A DNA stretch of 64,000 nt from an uncultured bacterium (GTDB taxonomy: Bacteria; Hydrothermota; Tepidihabitantia; B3-TA06), in the NCBI GenBank assembly GCA_964624585.1, contig CAZUXE010000009.1, forward strand, positions 744-64,743. Direction: 5' to 3'. Under the pieces are notes generated by a model. That model ran no database searches, was not told where the DNA came from, and was given only the letters and a program-made list of their open reading frames with translations. A program made the position numbers and the translations under genes. The stretch's first letter is position 1. Each line of letters opens with the position of its first letter. This document shows, in pieces, positions 19,089-29,179 of the stretch.

Positions 19089-21015
19089 CTTTAACCATTT
19101 TCTTTTCAGTTGTCTTTTTTACAGATTTAGTGGCAATTTTGGTTGTTTTAGATGCTTTAGGAAGTCCCAATATCTCATCAATCTGCTCAGAATCCAGGGT
19201 TTCGTGCTTTATTAATTCCTCGGCCAAGCTTTTAAGTTTCTTTATATTCTTACTGACAATTTTTATTGCGCGTTCATGCTGTTCTTCAATTATAGCCCTT
19301 ATTTCATCGTCAATTGTCTGAGCCGTTTTTTCAGAATAGGTGCGGTGCATACCCATTTCCCTGCCAAGGAATATTTCAGCTTCCGCTTTTCCAAAGGTAA
19401 GAGGACCTAGTTTTTTGCTCATTCCCCATTCGCAAACCATCTTGCGGGCAAGTATGGTGGCTTTCTCCAAGTCGTTTGCAGCGCCTGTTGAAAGGTCGCC
19501 AAAAACCTGCTCTTCTGCAGAGCGTCCTCCAAGCATATAGGCTATTTGATTTTCACAAAAACCCTTTGAATAAATTTTACGTTCATCTATAGGTAAAGAC
19601 TGTGTTACCCCAAGCGCCATTCCGCGTGGTATTATGGTTACCTTATGGATAGGATCCATTCCGGGAATCATTCGCGAAACCAAGGTGTGTCCTGCCTCGT
19701 GGTATGCTGTGCGACGTTTTTCTTCAGGGGATAGAAGTAGGCTTCGGCGCTCTGCGCCCATGAGAACTTTGTCTTTGGCGTCTTCAAAATCCTGAGCCAT
19801 AACTTTGTCGCGACCTTTGCGTGCTGCAAGAAGAGCCGCTTCGTTGACCATATTCTCCAAATCGGCTCCTGTGAATCCTGGTGTGCCACGGGCTAGGACG
19901 GATAAGTCAACATCGTCATCAATAGGTATTCTACGCACTTTTATTTTAAGGATACCTTCGCGCCCACGGACATCGGGCTGGTCTAGAACTACCTTACGGT
20001 CGAATCTGCCCGGACGCAAGAGTGCAGGGTCAAGAATGTCAGGTCGGTTGGTTGCAGCCATTATAATAATGCCATCAGAGGTCTGAAAACCGTCCATTTC
20101 AACTAGCAGTTGATTTAAGGTTTGTTCCCGTTCATCATGTCCGCCGCCAAGGCCTGCGCCTCGTTGACGGCCTACTGCATCAATTTCATCTATAAATATA
20201 ATACAGGGAGCGTGTCTTTTTCCCTGTTCAAATAAATCCCTTACTCGTGATGCGCCAACGCCAACAAAAAGTTCAACAAAATCAGAACCTGAGATTGAAA
20301 GGAAGGGAACGCTGGCTTCACCGGCAACCGCGCGTCCTAAAAGGGTTTTACCTGTACCGGGAGGGCCAACCAAAAGTACCCCTTTAGGAATACGACCTCC
20401 AAGGCGGCTGAATTTACGTGGTGAACGCAGGAATTCTATAATTTCCTGTAACTCTTCCTTTGCTTCATCAATGCCAGCAACGTCATCAAATGTAACATTT
20501 GGTCTTGTTTCAGCCGTTATTCTAACCTTACTTTTACCAAATTGGAATGCACGTGATGCCCCTGACTGGGATTGTCGCATTATCATAAACCAGAATCCAA
20601 ATATCAAAAGCCAAGGGACTATCGATAATATAAGACTGAGCCATTTACTTTTGCTCTGTGCCTTAACTATAACTCCAGATTTACGTAAGTCCTCTATCAA
20701 TTGCGGGTTATCGAAAGGAATAGTGGTTTTGAAGACATTTGTAGTTACGCTTCTGCCAGCTATATTGATTACTTCCAATTTTCTGGGTTCGTTTGGTGCG
20801 TCTTTTCTTGCTCCGAAACTACAGGTTAATTGACGTTCGGTTACGGTAACTTCAGCCAATTCGCTTCGTAACTTATAGAAATTGGAGTACGATATTTCAG
20901 GAATGCGCTCGCGGGTTAAAAAATAGGCAAGGAAAATAGCAGCAATTGCAACTATAAAAATAACAATATTGCGCGTTCTACTTGACTCCGCCTGCTGGGG
21001 CGGTTTATTTACCAT
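19069..21015 (-). CDS. ftsH: ATP-dependent zinc metalloprotease FtsH
   Basis: 2 TM, AAA+ Walker A GPPGTGKT, Walker [18 protein letters not shown] zinc motif. Confidence 0.95.
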   Translation of the reverse strand: MVNKPPQQAESSRTRNIVIFIVAIAAIFLAYFLTRERIPEISYSNFYKLRSELAEVTVTERQLTCSFGARKDAPNEPRKLEVINIAGRSVTTNVFKTTIPFDNPQLIEDLRKSGVIVKAQSKSKWLSLILSIVPWLLIFGFWFMIMRQSQSGASRAFQFGKSKVRITAETRPNVTFDDVAGIDEAKEELQEIIEFLRSPRKFSRLGGRIPKGVLLVGPPGTGKTLLGRAVAGEASVPFLSISGSDFVELFVGVGASRVRDLFEQGKRHAPCIIFIDEIDAVGRQRGAGLGGGHDEREQTLNQLLVEMDGFQTSDGIIIMAATNRPDILDPALLRPGRFDRKVVLDQPDVRGREGILKIKVRRIPIDDDVDLSVLARGTPGFTGADLENMVNEAALLAARKGRDKVMAQDFEDAKDKVLMGAERRSLLLSPEEKRRTAYHEAGHTLVSRMIPGMDPIHKVTIIPRGMALGVTQSLPIDERKIYSKGFCENQIAYMLGGRSAEEQVFGDLSTGAANDLEKATILARKMVCEWGMSKKLGPLTFGKAEAEIFLGREMGMHRTYSEKTAQTIDDEIRAIIEEQHERAIKIVSKNIKKLKSLAEELIKHETLDSEQIDEILGLPKASKTTKIATKSVKKTTEKKMVKGGRKKN

Positions 21016-21068
21016 TTTTACCTCTCAAATTTTGTATATCCTCAAGAGTAGTAGAGATAGAATTTGCA

Positions 21069-22448
21069 TTAAAGCACGTACTCCTGAGATGTTTTAGCTT
21101 CATCAAAATTCCTAAATAATGTCAAAACAACAATCTTGCGCGTTTCATCGCTTATAGGAGCAAACGCTGAACGCATAAGTCCCACTACCCATATTACCTC
21201 ATCTCCGGCACAAACCAAGGGCCACTTCCTACGCATATGACGTGGTATCTTGGCGTTAGTGAACACCTTTTTTATTTTGCGGCTGCGCTTGTGACCATAG
21301 GGAATAATAACATCACCCTCTTTCCATGGCCTTATGCTGAAGGGAGGCCTTAGAATATCGGCATCAAAGAACACCCTATCGCATTCGTTGAACAAAACCC
21401 GTTCATTGACGTAAGTAACTTTTATACGCCATCCTAACTCAGTTATATTCACTTTTTGAACGAGCCTTCGAGGCTTCCAGAGCGTATCTTCTTCCAAAGG
21501 AAGTAGGGTAAGCTTATTGTAGCTTATAAGCAAACGCTTATCCCTAAATCGCGAAATTTCCCGCGTACCGGAAGCCTTTCTTAAAGGTATAAGTTCAAGT
21601 AAATCGTGCGCCCCTAACCACGGGGCAAATTTTCGCAAAACGCGCAGCTGCGTAGCTAGATTATATGTTGAAAGCTTATTGGTGTCAAGCTCTATGTGGG
21701 GGGAGGTAGAGTCCGAAAGCTTTGAAAAGATAGTCTCAACCTCTTTATCCAGATTTTGTTTAAGCGCGTCGCCAAGGGTTAAAAGGCGGGAAAAGGCTTC
21801 ATCTACCGATGGATTCAATTCATAAAGAAGTGGCATAATTTTATGCCTTATACGATTTCTATCAAATGAAAGCGATTCGTTGCTTGAGTCTTCCCTGTAA
21901 TCCAGATTGTTGCGTTGTATATAAGAAATAATTTCATTTCTACTGCAACGAATAAAAGGTCTTATATAAAAATCTCGTTTTGGAGGAATTCCCCATAAAT
22001 AAGGTTCGGCTCGCCCTCTTATAAGATTAAGAAGTAACCATTCAGCGTTATCAGATGCGGTATGTCCCAAAGCTACATAATCATAACTTTCCGACTTTAC
22101 AATACGCTCCAAACCTTGGTAACGTAAGGCTCTTCCTGCCATTTCCAAAGAAAGACGATGCTTTTTTGCATAGGTTTTCACATCCTGTTTGTCAAAATAG
22201 CAAGTAATGTCCCACTTTTTGCAAAGAGAGGTAACAAATGCCTGATCACTATCTGCTTCTTTGCCTCTTAGAGAATGGTTCAAATGGTAGACCCCTAATT
22301 CTGTGATATCCAGTTGCGAACGGTGGGTATAGAAAAAATGCAGCAAGGCGACAGAATCAGCACCTCCAGAACAGCTGATAAGTACCCTAGCACCTTTGAA
22401 TTGACATTCCCTTCTTAGGGTCTCAAGTGCCTTTCTAACTATAGGCAT
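21069..22448 (-). CDS. tilS: tRNA(Ile)-lysidine synthetase
   Basis: PP-loop SGGADSVALL; conserved tilS-ftsH neighbourhood. Confidence 0.85.
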   Translation of the reverse strand: MPIVRKALETLRRECQFKGARVLISCSGGADSVALLHFFYTHRSQLDITELGVYHLNHSLRGKEADSDQAFVTSLCKKWDITCYFDKQDVKTYAKKHRLSLEMAGRALRYQGLERIVKSESYDYVALGHTASDNAEWLLLNLIRGRAEPYLWGIPPKRDFYIRPFIRCSRNEIISYIQRNNLDYREDSSNESLSFDRNRIRHKIMPLLYELNPSVDEAFSRLLTLGDALKQNLDKEVETIFSKLSDSTSPHIELDTNKLSTYNLATQLRVLRKFAPWLGAHDLLELIPLRKASGTREISRFRDKRLLISYNKLTLLPLEEDTLWKPRRLVQKVNITELGWRIKVTYVNERVLFNECDRVFFDADILRPPFSIRPWKEGDVIIPYGHKRSRKIKKVFTNAKIPRHMRRKWPLVCAGDEVIWVVGLMRSAFAPISDETRKIVVLTLFRNFDEAKTSQEYVL

Positions 22449-22456
22449 AAGCGATA

Positions 22457-23239
22457 TTACTTAAAGACGAGAAGTAAAATAAGGCTCAAGGCTCCCATTG
22501 CGAAGCAGTAAAACGAAAATAGCCAGAATTTTTTATTAACAACCAGTTTTTTCAATGCCCACAAGGCAAATAATCCTACCACGAAGCTTGCAATAACTCC
22601 TACTATCAAGGCAGGCGGATTCCCAAGCGATACAATATCTTTTAATTCCAAAAGGTTTGCCGCCGCAACCGCTGGAATGGAAAGCAGAAAACTGAATTCA
22701 AAAGCGTCCTCTTCAAGTAGTCCTAGAAGCAAGGCGGTAGCAATGGTGAAACCGGAACGTGAAAATCCAGGTACGATAGCTACAGCTTGAGCAATTCCAA
22801 TTATCAGGGCATCAGAAAGGCCAATTCCATGCTGTTTATCCCGCTTCCATCTTGTTATAAGGAGAATAATACCTGTACCTATGAGAAAGAAGGGAATGTA
22901 GAGAGGCTCTGAAAACATCTCCTTGATAGGTTCGCGTGCCAGAAGTCCAACCATAGCTGCGGGAATGCTTGCCAGAACTATAAAAAGTATTAGTCTCCAG
23001 TTATTCCTGCGTGTTTCCGCTTTTTTACTGAAGGCGCCGGAGGCTATATTCCAAATCTTAGGGGCAAAGAAAACCAATAAGGCTGCGAGGGTTCCCAAAT
23101 GTAGTATCACGACTCCGGCAAGGGCGTTTTCGGTAATTCCTAAAAACTTTTGTCCTAAAACCAAATGTCCTGAGGACGATACAGGTAGAAATTCGCTTAA
23201 ACCTTGCAGGACTCCTAAAATAAGCATTTTTAATGTCAT
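22457..23239 (-). CDS. uppP: undecaprenyl-diphosphatase (BacA/UppP)
   Basis: GVLQGLSEFLPVSSSGHL...PGFSRSG motifs, 8 TM. Confidence 0.85.
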   Translation of the reverse strand: MTLKMLILGVLQGLSEFLPVSSSGHLVLGQKFLGITENALAGVVILHLGTLAALLVFFAPKIWNIASGAFSKKAETRRNNWRLILFIVLASIPAAMVGLLAREPIKEMFSEPLYIPFFLIGTGIILLITRWKRDKQHGIGLSDALIIGIAQAVAIVPGFSRSGFTIATALLLGLLEEDAFEFSFLLSIPAVAAANLLELKDIVSLGNPPALIVGVIASFVVGLFALWALKKLVVNKKFWLFSFYCFAMGALSLILLLVFK

Positions 23240-24705
23240 TAAAACTCCCAGTGTAAATCGGTTTGAATTAAAGGTCTGAACACATTGTTGTTTTCTTGGT
23301 GAGCCAGATTTTGAATTCTAACAGCTTTCGCCTTCAAAACAACGAAACTTCTGCCCCAGAACATGTATTTCAAAGATGCTTCAGATCCTAGGTGATGTTC
23401 AACCACTCCTGAAGGGAATGGGGGATGGAAACTTTCCCTATCATGGGCGCCGTCATCTGCGAAATCTCTCCAAACGTCGCCTTCACCGTGGCGTTTGTAG
23501 AATCCCTTTAGGCCAACTGTTAGGCGCGGCAAGGGTCTATACGAGAAGATAAGCCTTGTTCTGTCGGCATCAGGCCCCAAATCATCACCTAGAATGCGTT
23601 CTCTAAAAGTGTAGTTTTGTTTGTCATGACGTTGAGCGTATGTCCATTTGGTGATAAAGGTATAATCTAGGTTGGCATCTATTTCAGAATTAAAAACAGA
23701 TACCCATTTAGCGCCGATGGTGCTACCTATTTTATGCGGACCTGTTTCAGGTTCGTAAGCGAAATCATCAACCAAAAGCTCACCGTATATCTTAAATGGT
23801 GACAATATCAATGATGCGTCAAGCGACCAAAGTATATTTTCATCTTGCCCCTTATTCCACTGCATGAAGTAGTAGAAAGCGGCCGGGGCAAGGATATAGG
23901 GCAAAACTTCATTTGTATCCGACGAAACCACTGCTTCAGTTAAGCCAAGTTTCCATTTCTGAGCCACATATTCAAATCTATGAGATACCATTCGTTTGTT
24001 TTGCTCCAACCATGCATACATTGTAGTAAGACTTAATTTTTTCCACTTCAGGCTATAGGAAGCGTGATCCAGCCCCCATGGTTGGGTGGAGAGCATTAGT
24101 CCGCCTTCAGGAACAGGCCCATATTGCATTTGACAGCGTCCAAGCTGCAGTGATAGCCATTTGAAAGCGTCAATATTTATTACCGCATCGGGTATTTCTG
24201 CAAATACAGGACGTTCGTTGCCACGCCAGGAGTGAGCGTCAAATACGCTGTCAGGCCAATTTGCCGCAAAGGTCAGCCGGTGGGTTGCGTAAAAAGAAAC
24301 AGCTGAACCTATGTTGCCGTAGTACTTGATGTCTAAACCTGCGCTAAGGGTATCGCGATAACGGTAAGATGCCTGTAGTGCGCCTCCTAAATTAAAAGAA
24401 GCGCCAGTGCCTTTCAATTGAAGTAGTGGGGCGAACTTGGTTTCAGGTGTTGGAGCAAAAATGCGCTGCACGTCAAAATAGTCAACACTTCCAGGCCTTA
24501 GTTTTGCAGTATCGGTATTAGAAAAAACAATATCCTTTGCGGTGAATGGAGTTGAGGCTGGTAATCCGCAGACTATTCCCTTTATTTCTAATCTTTCTAG
24601 GGTTGTGTTTGCTTCATCATCCAAGGGGATGATTTGTGAGCAAAGCATTAGAAGTAAAATCAAAATTTGCCTCCCAGAAGCAAGTGTAACTTTGCCTGTT
24701 CCCAA
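23239..24705 (-). CDS. putative outer-membrane beta-barrel protein (possibly Wzi-like); start uncertain (TTG 24705 gives a signal peptide; ATG 24648 also possible; ORF track extends to 24855)
   Basis: C-terminal ...TDLHWEF with terminal Phe, alternating aromatic/hydrophilic strands, signal-like ILILLLMLCS. Confidence 0.4.
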   Translation of the reverse strand: MGTGKVTLASGRQILILLLMLCSQIIPLDDEANTTLERLEIKGIVCGLPASTPFTAKDIVFSNTDTAKLRPGSVDYFDVQRIFAPTPETKFAPLLQLKGTGASFNLGGALQASYRYRDTLSAGLDIKYYGNIGSAVSFYATHRLTFAANWPDSVFDAHSWRGNERPVFAEIPDAVINIDAFKWLSLQLGRCQMQYGPVPEGGLMLSTQPWGLDHASYSLKWKKLSLTTMYAWLEQNKRMVSHRFEYVAQKWKLGLTEAVVSSDTNEVLPYILAPAAFYYFMQWNKGQDENILWSLDASLILSPFKIYGELLVDDFAYEPETGPHKIGSTIGAKWVSVFNSEIDANLDYTFITKWTYAQRHDKQNYTFRERILGDDLGPDADRTRLIFSYRPLPRLTVGLKGFYKRHGEGDVWRDFADDGAHDRESFHPPFPSGVVEHHLGSEASLKYMFWGRSFVVLKAKAVRIQNLAHQENNNVFRPLIQTDLHWEF

Positions 24706-25994
24706 CCTGATTTGTAAGGAAGCGCGGCATCTAATTCCAATTCTCCAATTGAAGTAACAATAAGTATACCCGCGCCGTAGCTTAAGGCAAGGCCTGATGA
24801 AGGTATCCAAGCAATGTCGAAAAGAGGGTACAGGGAGAAATTTTCGTTTCCCCAACGTAATTCATTGCGACTCCAGAATGCGTATTGTTCATGAAACTCC
24901 GCTTCCCAATAACCGCGTAGGGTACTTGCTCCTCCTACGGGGATTAATTCCGAAGTAAAAAGCTTATCCATGGAGCCAAGTGCAGCTCCGGCGGGAGCAA
25001 AATGCAGAGAAAACCGATAAGGAAGCCTTAACTGTATTTGTGCAGAAAACTGTGCTTTGAAGAAGGCTGAGGTGGAAGAGGCTTTTCGTTCTCCAACAGC
25101 CGCTTCTAATTTAAGGAAATCGCTTTCAAACCTTGAGGTCATTAGATTCTTTGAAACATAAACGCTGTCCAGACGAATGCGTTCAAAAAGATAGCCCAGT
25201 CCCAGTTCAAAACCGGGACGGACAATGAAGGCTCCGGCTCTAGCGTATAAGTTGTAGTTTGATTGTTCCTGTGTACGTAATCCAGCGCTTATATCTAGTC
25301 CTATCGGTAAATCAAAGGGATATGGGTCTTTTGCATAAAACGATAATTCCAGTTTGTTTTTTCCGAATCCCTGCCAGAAGATTCCCATCTCTCGTCGCCT
25401 GCCGAACAAATTATATAGTTGTAGATAAACACTGCCAACCAACTCTTTTTGAGCAGCGTAGCCTATGCCTGCGAATATCCTGTTAGCTTTTGAATTTTCT
25501 TCTATAAAAAGATTGAGAACAGCTGTTGAATCATGGCCTGTTAGTTCCCAATCCTTGACCTTGATATCTGCCTGTTCCGTTAATAGAATAAAAGCGTTAA
25601 TATTCTTAGAAGAGTAGGAAAATGGCGTAAATCCTGTAAGATTGGTCAACAACTTAGGAGAAGTCTTATAGTTCCCCCAGAAATCCACTTTACTTACCGT
25701 TACCGAATAGCCTGAATCAATAATTAAATTGATAAACAATGTATCAAGCATAAAACTTACAGAGGAGACATTTATTGAAGCGAAGGCATAGCCGGAGTCA
25801 ATAACTGGGGCAAGTATCTTTCGGGAATAGTCTTCCCATGAGAAGCCTTGGGCGGTTGTAACAAGGGATGAATTTCCGGCAATTAATTTCACAAATCTTA
25901 AATTATCTACATCGGTGATGTCCTGATTTTCAAGCTTGCCGTTTTCAAATAAAAGCGCAGGCAGAATTAGGACATAAACAAAAAAGGTCGCCAT
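24660..25994 (-). CDS. Omp85-family outer-membrane protein (short BamA/TamA-like, single POTRA-like region)
   Basis: Signal peptide; beta-barrel with C-terminal ...LHLLLGGKF; G-rich beta-strand segments typical of Bac_surface_Ag. Confidence 0.5.
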   Translation of the reverse strand: MATFFVYVLILPALLFENGKLENQDITDVDNLRFVKLIAGNSSLVTTAQGFSWEDYSRKILAPVIDSGYAFASINVSSVSFMLDTLFINLIIDSGYSVTVSKVDFWGNYKTSPKLLTNLTGFTPFSYSSKNINAFILLTEQADIKVKDWELTGHDSTAVLNLFIEENSKANRIFAGIGYAAQKELVGSVYLQLYNLFGRRREMGIFWQGFGKNKLELSFYAKDPYPFDLPIGLDISAGLRTQEQSNYNLYARAGAFIVRPGFELGLGYLFERIRLDSVYVSKNLMTSRFESDFLKLEAAVGERKASSTSAFFKAQFSAQIQLRLPYRFSLHFAPAGAALGSMDKLFTSELIPVGGASTLRGYWEAEFHEQYAFWSRNELRWGNENFSLYPLFDIAWIPSSGLALSYGAGILIVTSIGELELDAALPYKSGWEQAKLHLLLGGKF

Positions 25995-26428
25995 TCTTTT
26001 GGTGGATTGCCTACAGAGTTCAAAACAAAGGTGAAATAATGTGGTTTTCGCGGTTTTCTTAATAAAGGCATTTTAGCTGCGGCAGGTGTGCGATTGCCTT
26101 TTTTACTATTGCAGTCCGCACAGGCGCAAACCAAATTTTCCCATGAATCCTTACCACCTAACATTCGCGGAAGCACATGGTCTAAGGTCATTGCTACATT
26201 TCTTTTACCACAATATTGACAGGTGTAATTATCACGACGCATTATGTTAGCTTTACTTAAAGGAACCTCGCGCCGTTTTAAGCGTATGTATTTATTTAAG
26301 CGAAGTATTGATGGCAGGGGTAAGGAATCGTTAACGCTATGGACTTTTATGCCGTTGGCTGTTGCTATGATATCGGCTTTTCCCATAAAGTAAAGGACAA
26401 CTGCCCGCCGACCATTACATATCCCCAA
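25967..26428 (-). CDS. HNH endonuclease (small widespread HNH family); conserved N-terminus continues upstream of the listed TTG start to ~26473
   Basis: CQYCGK...LDHVLPRMLGGKDSWENLVCACADCNSKKGNRTP HNH motif; upstream in-frame ...RRVLILNQSYEPL matches the family N-terminus. Confidence 0.7.
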   Translation of the reverse strand: MGICNGRRAVVLYFMGKADIIATANGIKVHSVNDSLPLPSILRLNKYIRLKRREVPLSKANIMRRDNYTCQYCGKRNVAMTLDHVLPRMLGGKDSWENLVCACADCNSKKGNRTPAAAKMPLLRKPRKPHYFTFVLNSVGNPPKEWRPFLFMS

Positions 26429-26494
26429 CGGTTCATAACTTTGGTTGAGTATCAGAACACGTCGGTCTAAAATGGTAGTGGCGTTAACAGCCTC

Positions 26495-27700
26495 CTAACA
26501 GTCTGTTATTCCCTCTAAAAATAGTTTCTTCTTTAACTGAGCCCTAACCTTAGATAGGTGTTCGCGTTGTTGCCTAACCCGTGATGAGTTTTGGGATGGT
26601 GCTATTTCCATTGCCTTACTAAAGTAATTTTCTGCAGTACGTGCGTTAGCGCATCCGGCTTTCCATGCGGTTACATTTTTAGCAGTTGTAGCGCGAGACG
26701 CTTTACGGGAATAGATAGCTCCCAAGAAGTAATAGGCGTCACCGTTACCTCCGGTCATTTCGAGAATTTCTTTGAATACTTTTTCCGATGCAGCTTCTTT
26801 ATGTTGACGCAAATACATAGCCCCTAAGTAGATTCTGGGCACAATCTTATCGGGTTTCATTTCAATAGCTTTCTTAAAATAGGATTCGGCCTTAGTATAT
26901 TTCTTTTGAATACTATAAATATTGGCTAACTTCAACATAGGGCCGATGTCGTTAGGACGAAGTGCCATTACTCCTGTAAGCAATTTCTCAGCTTTAGAGT
27001 AATTCTTAAGTTTGATGTAAATATCTGCAAGTTTTTCCTTAGCGATGAAATCATCCGTATTAGCTTCTACCAGTTTTGTTTCCCACTTGGCAGCTTCATC
27101 GTAGCGTTTTTTATCCATAAGGAAATCGACATAAGAATTTAAAAGCGCCCAATTTTCAGGATTAACTTCTACCCCCGCCTTATATACGGAATCAGCGGCA
27201 TCTACGCCACCTTTACGCTCATAGACGACTGCGATACCATGATAAAATTTACTTTCATCAGGGAATCGTTCCACTCCTTCTTCATAAACCTGCAGAGCTG
27301 AATCTAGATACTCTGCGTTCATTTGAGCTTTAATAAGGAAAATACCTGAAAGTCCTAAATATCCTGCTGTGCTATCGGCATGAGAGGTATAGGCTTTACG
27401 GTACCACTCTTCAGCGTTAGTTAAATCCCTTAATTCTTGATAAGTTCTAGCTTTTGCAACTATGGCCTGATAATAATCAGGATTAATGTCAAGAGCTTTA
27501 GCATAATTTTCCATAGCTTTATCGTAATTGCCTTGTTTATAATATTCGGCGCCAATGGAAAGGAACTGTTCAGCTTCAATTCGCGCCAGACTGTCAACAG
27601 GGGCATTATTTTTAGTTGGAGTTGTTCCGGCGATACAACCGGTGAACAGCATAATTGATGATATACCTACGATAATTACTGCTGGGAAAAATCTTTTCAT
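26495..27700 (-). CDS. tetratricopeptide-repeat lipoprotein
   Basis: MKRFFPAVIIVGISSIMLFTGC lipobox plus multiple TPR units (YY.LG..Y...G.Y..A...Y..AL.I.P). Confidence 0.7.
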   Translation of the reverse strand: MKRFFPAVIIVGISSIMLFTGCIAGTTPTKNNAPVDSLARIEAEQFLSIGAEYYKQGNYDKAMENYAKALDINPDYYQAIVAKARTYQELRDLTNAEEWYRKAYTSHADSTAGYLGLSGIFLIKAQMNAEYLDSALQVYEEGVERFPDESKFYHGIAVVYERKGGVDAADSVYKAGVEVNPENWALLNSYVDFLMDKKRYDEAAKWETKLVEANTDDFIAKEKLADIYIKLKNYSKAEKLLTGVMALRPNDIGPMLKLANIYSIQKKYTKAESYFKKAIEMKPDKIVPRIYLGAMYLRQHKEAASEKVFKEILEMTGGNGDAYYFLGAIYSRKASRATTAKNVTAWKAGCANARTAENYFSKAMEIAPSQNSSRVRQQREHLSKVRAQLKKKLFLEGITDC

Positions 27701-27739
27701 GCTTAAGTACCTCCATAATTAGACTTGCAAAATTTGAAG

Positions 27740-27812
27740 TGGAGCCAACGGGACTTGAACCCGTGACCTCTTGACTGCCAGTCAAGCGCTCTCCCAACTG
27801 AGCTATGGCCCC
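27740..27812 (-). tRNA. tRNA-Ala (anticodon GGC)
   Basis: Reverse complement GGGGCCATAGCTCAGTTGGGAGAGCGC..CTTGA-CTGGCAG-TCAAG..GGTTCAAGTCC..TGGCTCCA folds as a cloverleaf; no encoded CCA. Confidence 0.9.
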
Positions 27813-27959
27813 TACTAGTGCCTAATTCTAAGCAGACAAAGGCGCTTGTCAACCGTATCCCGGTTTCGAATTGCGGACAATTATTGAAATAGTCTTATCT
27901 TGACTTTTGATAGGCAACGGATATCCTAAGTTTATGAAGATATTTCAGGAACAGGTATT

Positions 27960-29174
27960 ATGTTAGAAACTAATAAAAAAGTTGCGGCTAAATTTGGAAT
28001 AGATACCGATCACATTGAAAAGTATGCTGATACACAAAGAAATATTGAAATTTTAGGGAATGATTTAACGTTTCTGGGATTAAGGGAACGAGAGAGAACT
28101 AAACATGTCCATCGTCTACATCCCTATTTGGGTAAATTTATCCCTCAATTAGTCGAGATTTTCTTAAAGAAATATTTTAAGAAAGCAGATACGGTTCTAG
28201 ACCCGTTTTCAGGTTCTGGGACAACATTAGTAGAAGCTAACGTATTAGGAATCAATTCTATAGGTGTAGAACTCTCATCCTTTAACGTACTGATTCAGAA
28301 AGTAAAGACACAAGAATATAATCTTCCAGAAGTTGAGAAAGAAATCAAAGATGCTCTCGGTAGAGTAAGAGCTTTTAGCAGACAGTTAATTGGTCGTAAA
28401 AAGGGGCTTTTTGATTCTACATTCAAAAGATTTGAAACAGACAGTGAATATATAAGAACATGGTTTGCTGATAGGACGATTCAAGAGATTCTTTTCTATC
28501 AAAGTATTATTGAGGATTACAAGTATTCAGATGTTCTTAAAGTTATTCTTTCACGTTCGGCTCGATCTGCTAGACTCATACCACATTATGATTTAGCGCG
28601 TCCTAAAAAACCGATTCGGGAACCGTACTGGTGTATTAAACATAAACGAGTCTGTAAACCTATAGAGGAAGTCTTGAAATTTCTGAATAGGTATAGTTAT
28701 GATACAATCCAAAGATTAAAGGAATTTGATGGCATACGAACAAACGCATCTATTCAAATTCTGCAAGGAGATTCAAGGAATATAGAATTGCATGACCAGA
28801 TAGATGGAATATTTACGTCACCACCTTATGTAGGTATTATTGACTATCATGAGCAACATAGATATGCTTATGAGTTATTTGGTTTTTCAAGATTGGATGA
28901 ATTAGAGATAGGACCAGCTAAGAAACGACAGAATATGCTAGCTAAGCGGGACTATACAGAAGGAATTATAGATGTTTTTCAGAACATGAATAGATATCTT
29001 AAATCAAAAGCGCCTGTTTTCATAGTTGCTAATGATAAGTTTGGTTTATACCCGAAGATAGGAGAGGTTTGTGGTTACAAACTAATCGACCAATTTAACA
29101 GACCGGTTTTGATGAGAACAGAAAGAGATTCAAACAAATATTTTGAGTCTATATTTCATTTCCGGAAGGAGTAA
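27960..29174 (+). CDS. DNA methyltransferase (N6-adenine/N4-cytosine type; AdoMet motif DPFSGSGTT N-terminal, SPPY catalytic motif C-terminal)
   Basis: VLDPFSGSGTTLVEA and IFTSPPYVGIIDY; AT-rich gene. Confidence 0.75.
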   Translation: MLETNKKVAAKFGIDTDHIEKYADTQRNIEILGNDLTFLGLRERERTKHVHRLHPYLGKFIPQLVEIFLKKYFKKADTVLDPFSGSGTTLVEANVLGINSIGVELSSFNVLIQKVKTQEYNLPEVEKEIKDALGRVRAFSRQLIGRKKGLFDSTFKRFETDSEYIRTWFADRTIQEILFYQSIIEDYKYSDVLKVILSRSARSARLIPHYDLARPKKPIREPYWCIKHKRVCKPIEEVLKFLNRYSYDTIQRLKEFDGIRTNASIQILQGDSRNIELHDQIDGIFTSPPYVGIIDYHEQHRYAYELFGFSRLDELEIGPAKKRQNMLAKRDYTEGIIDVFQNMNRYLKSKAPVFIVANDKFGLYPKIGEVCGYKLIDQFNRPVLMRTERDSNKYFESIFHFRKE

Positions 29175-29179
29175 TATTA

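Noticed and set aside
27612-27797. 61-aa minus-strand ORF
   Set aside because: It overlaps the tRNA-Ala gene, so it is an artefact of the ORF finder.
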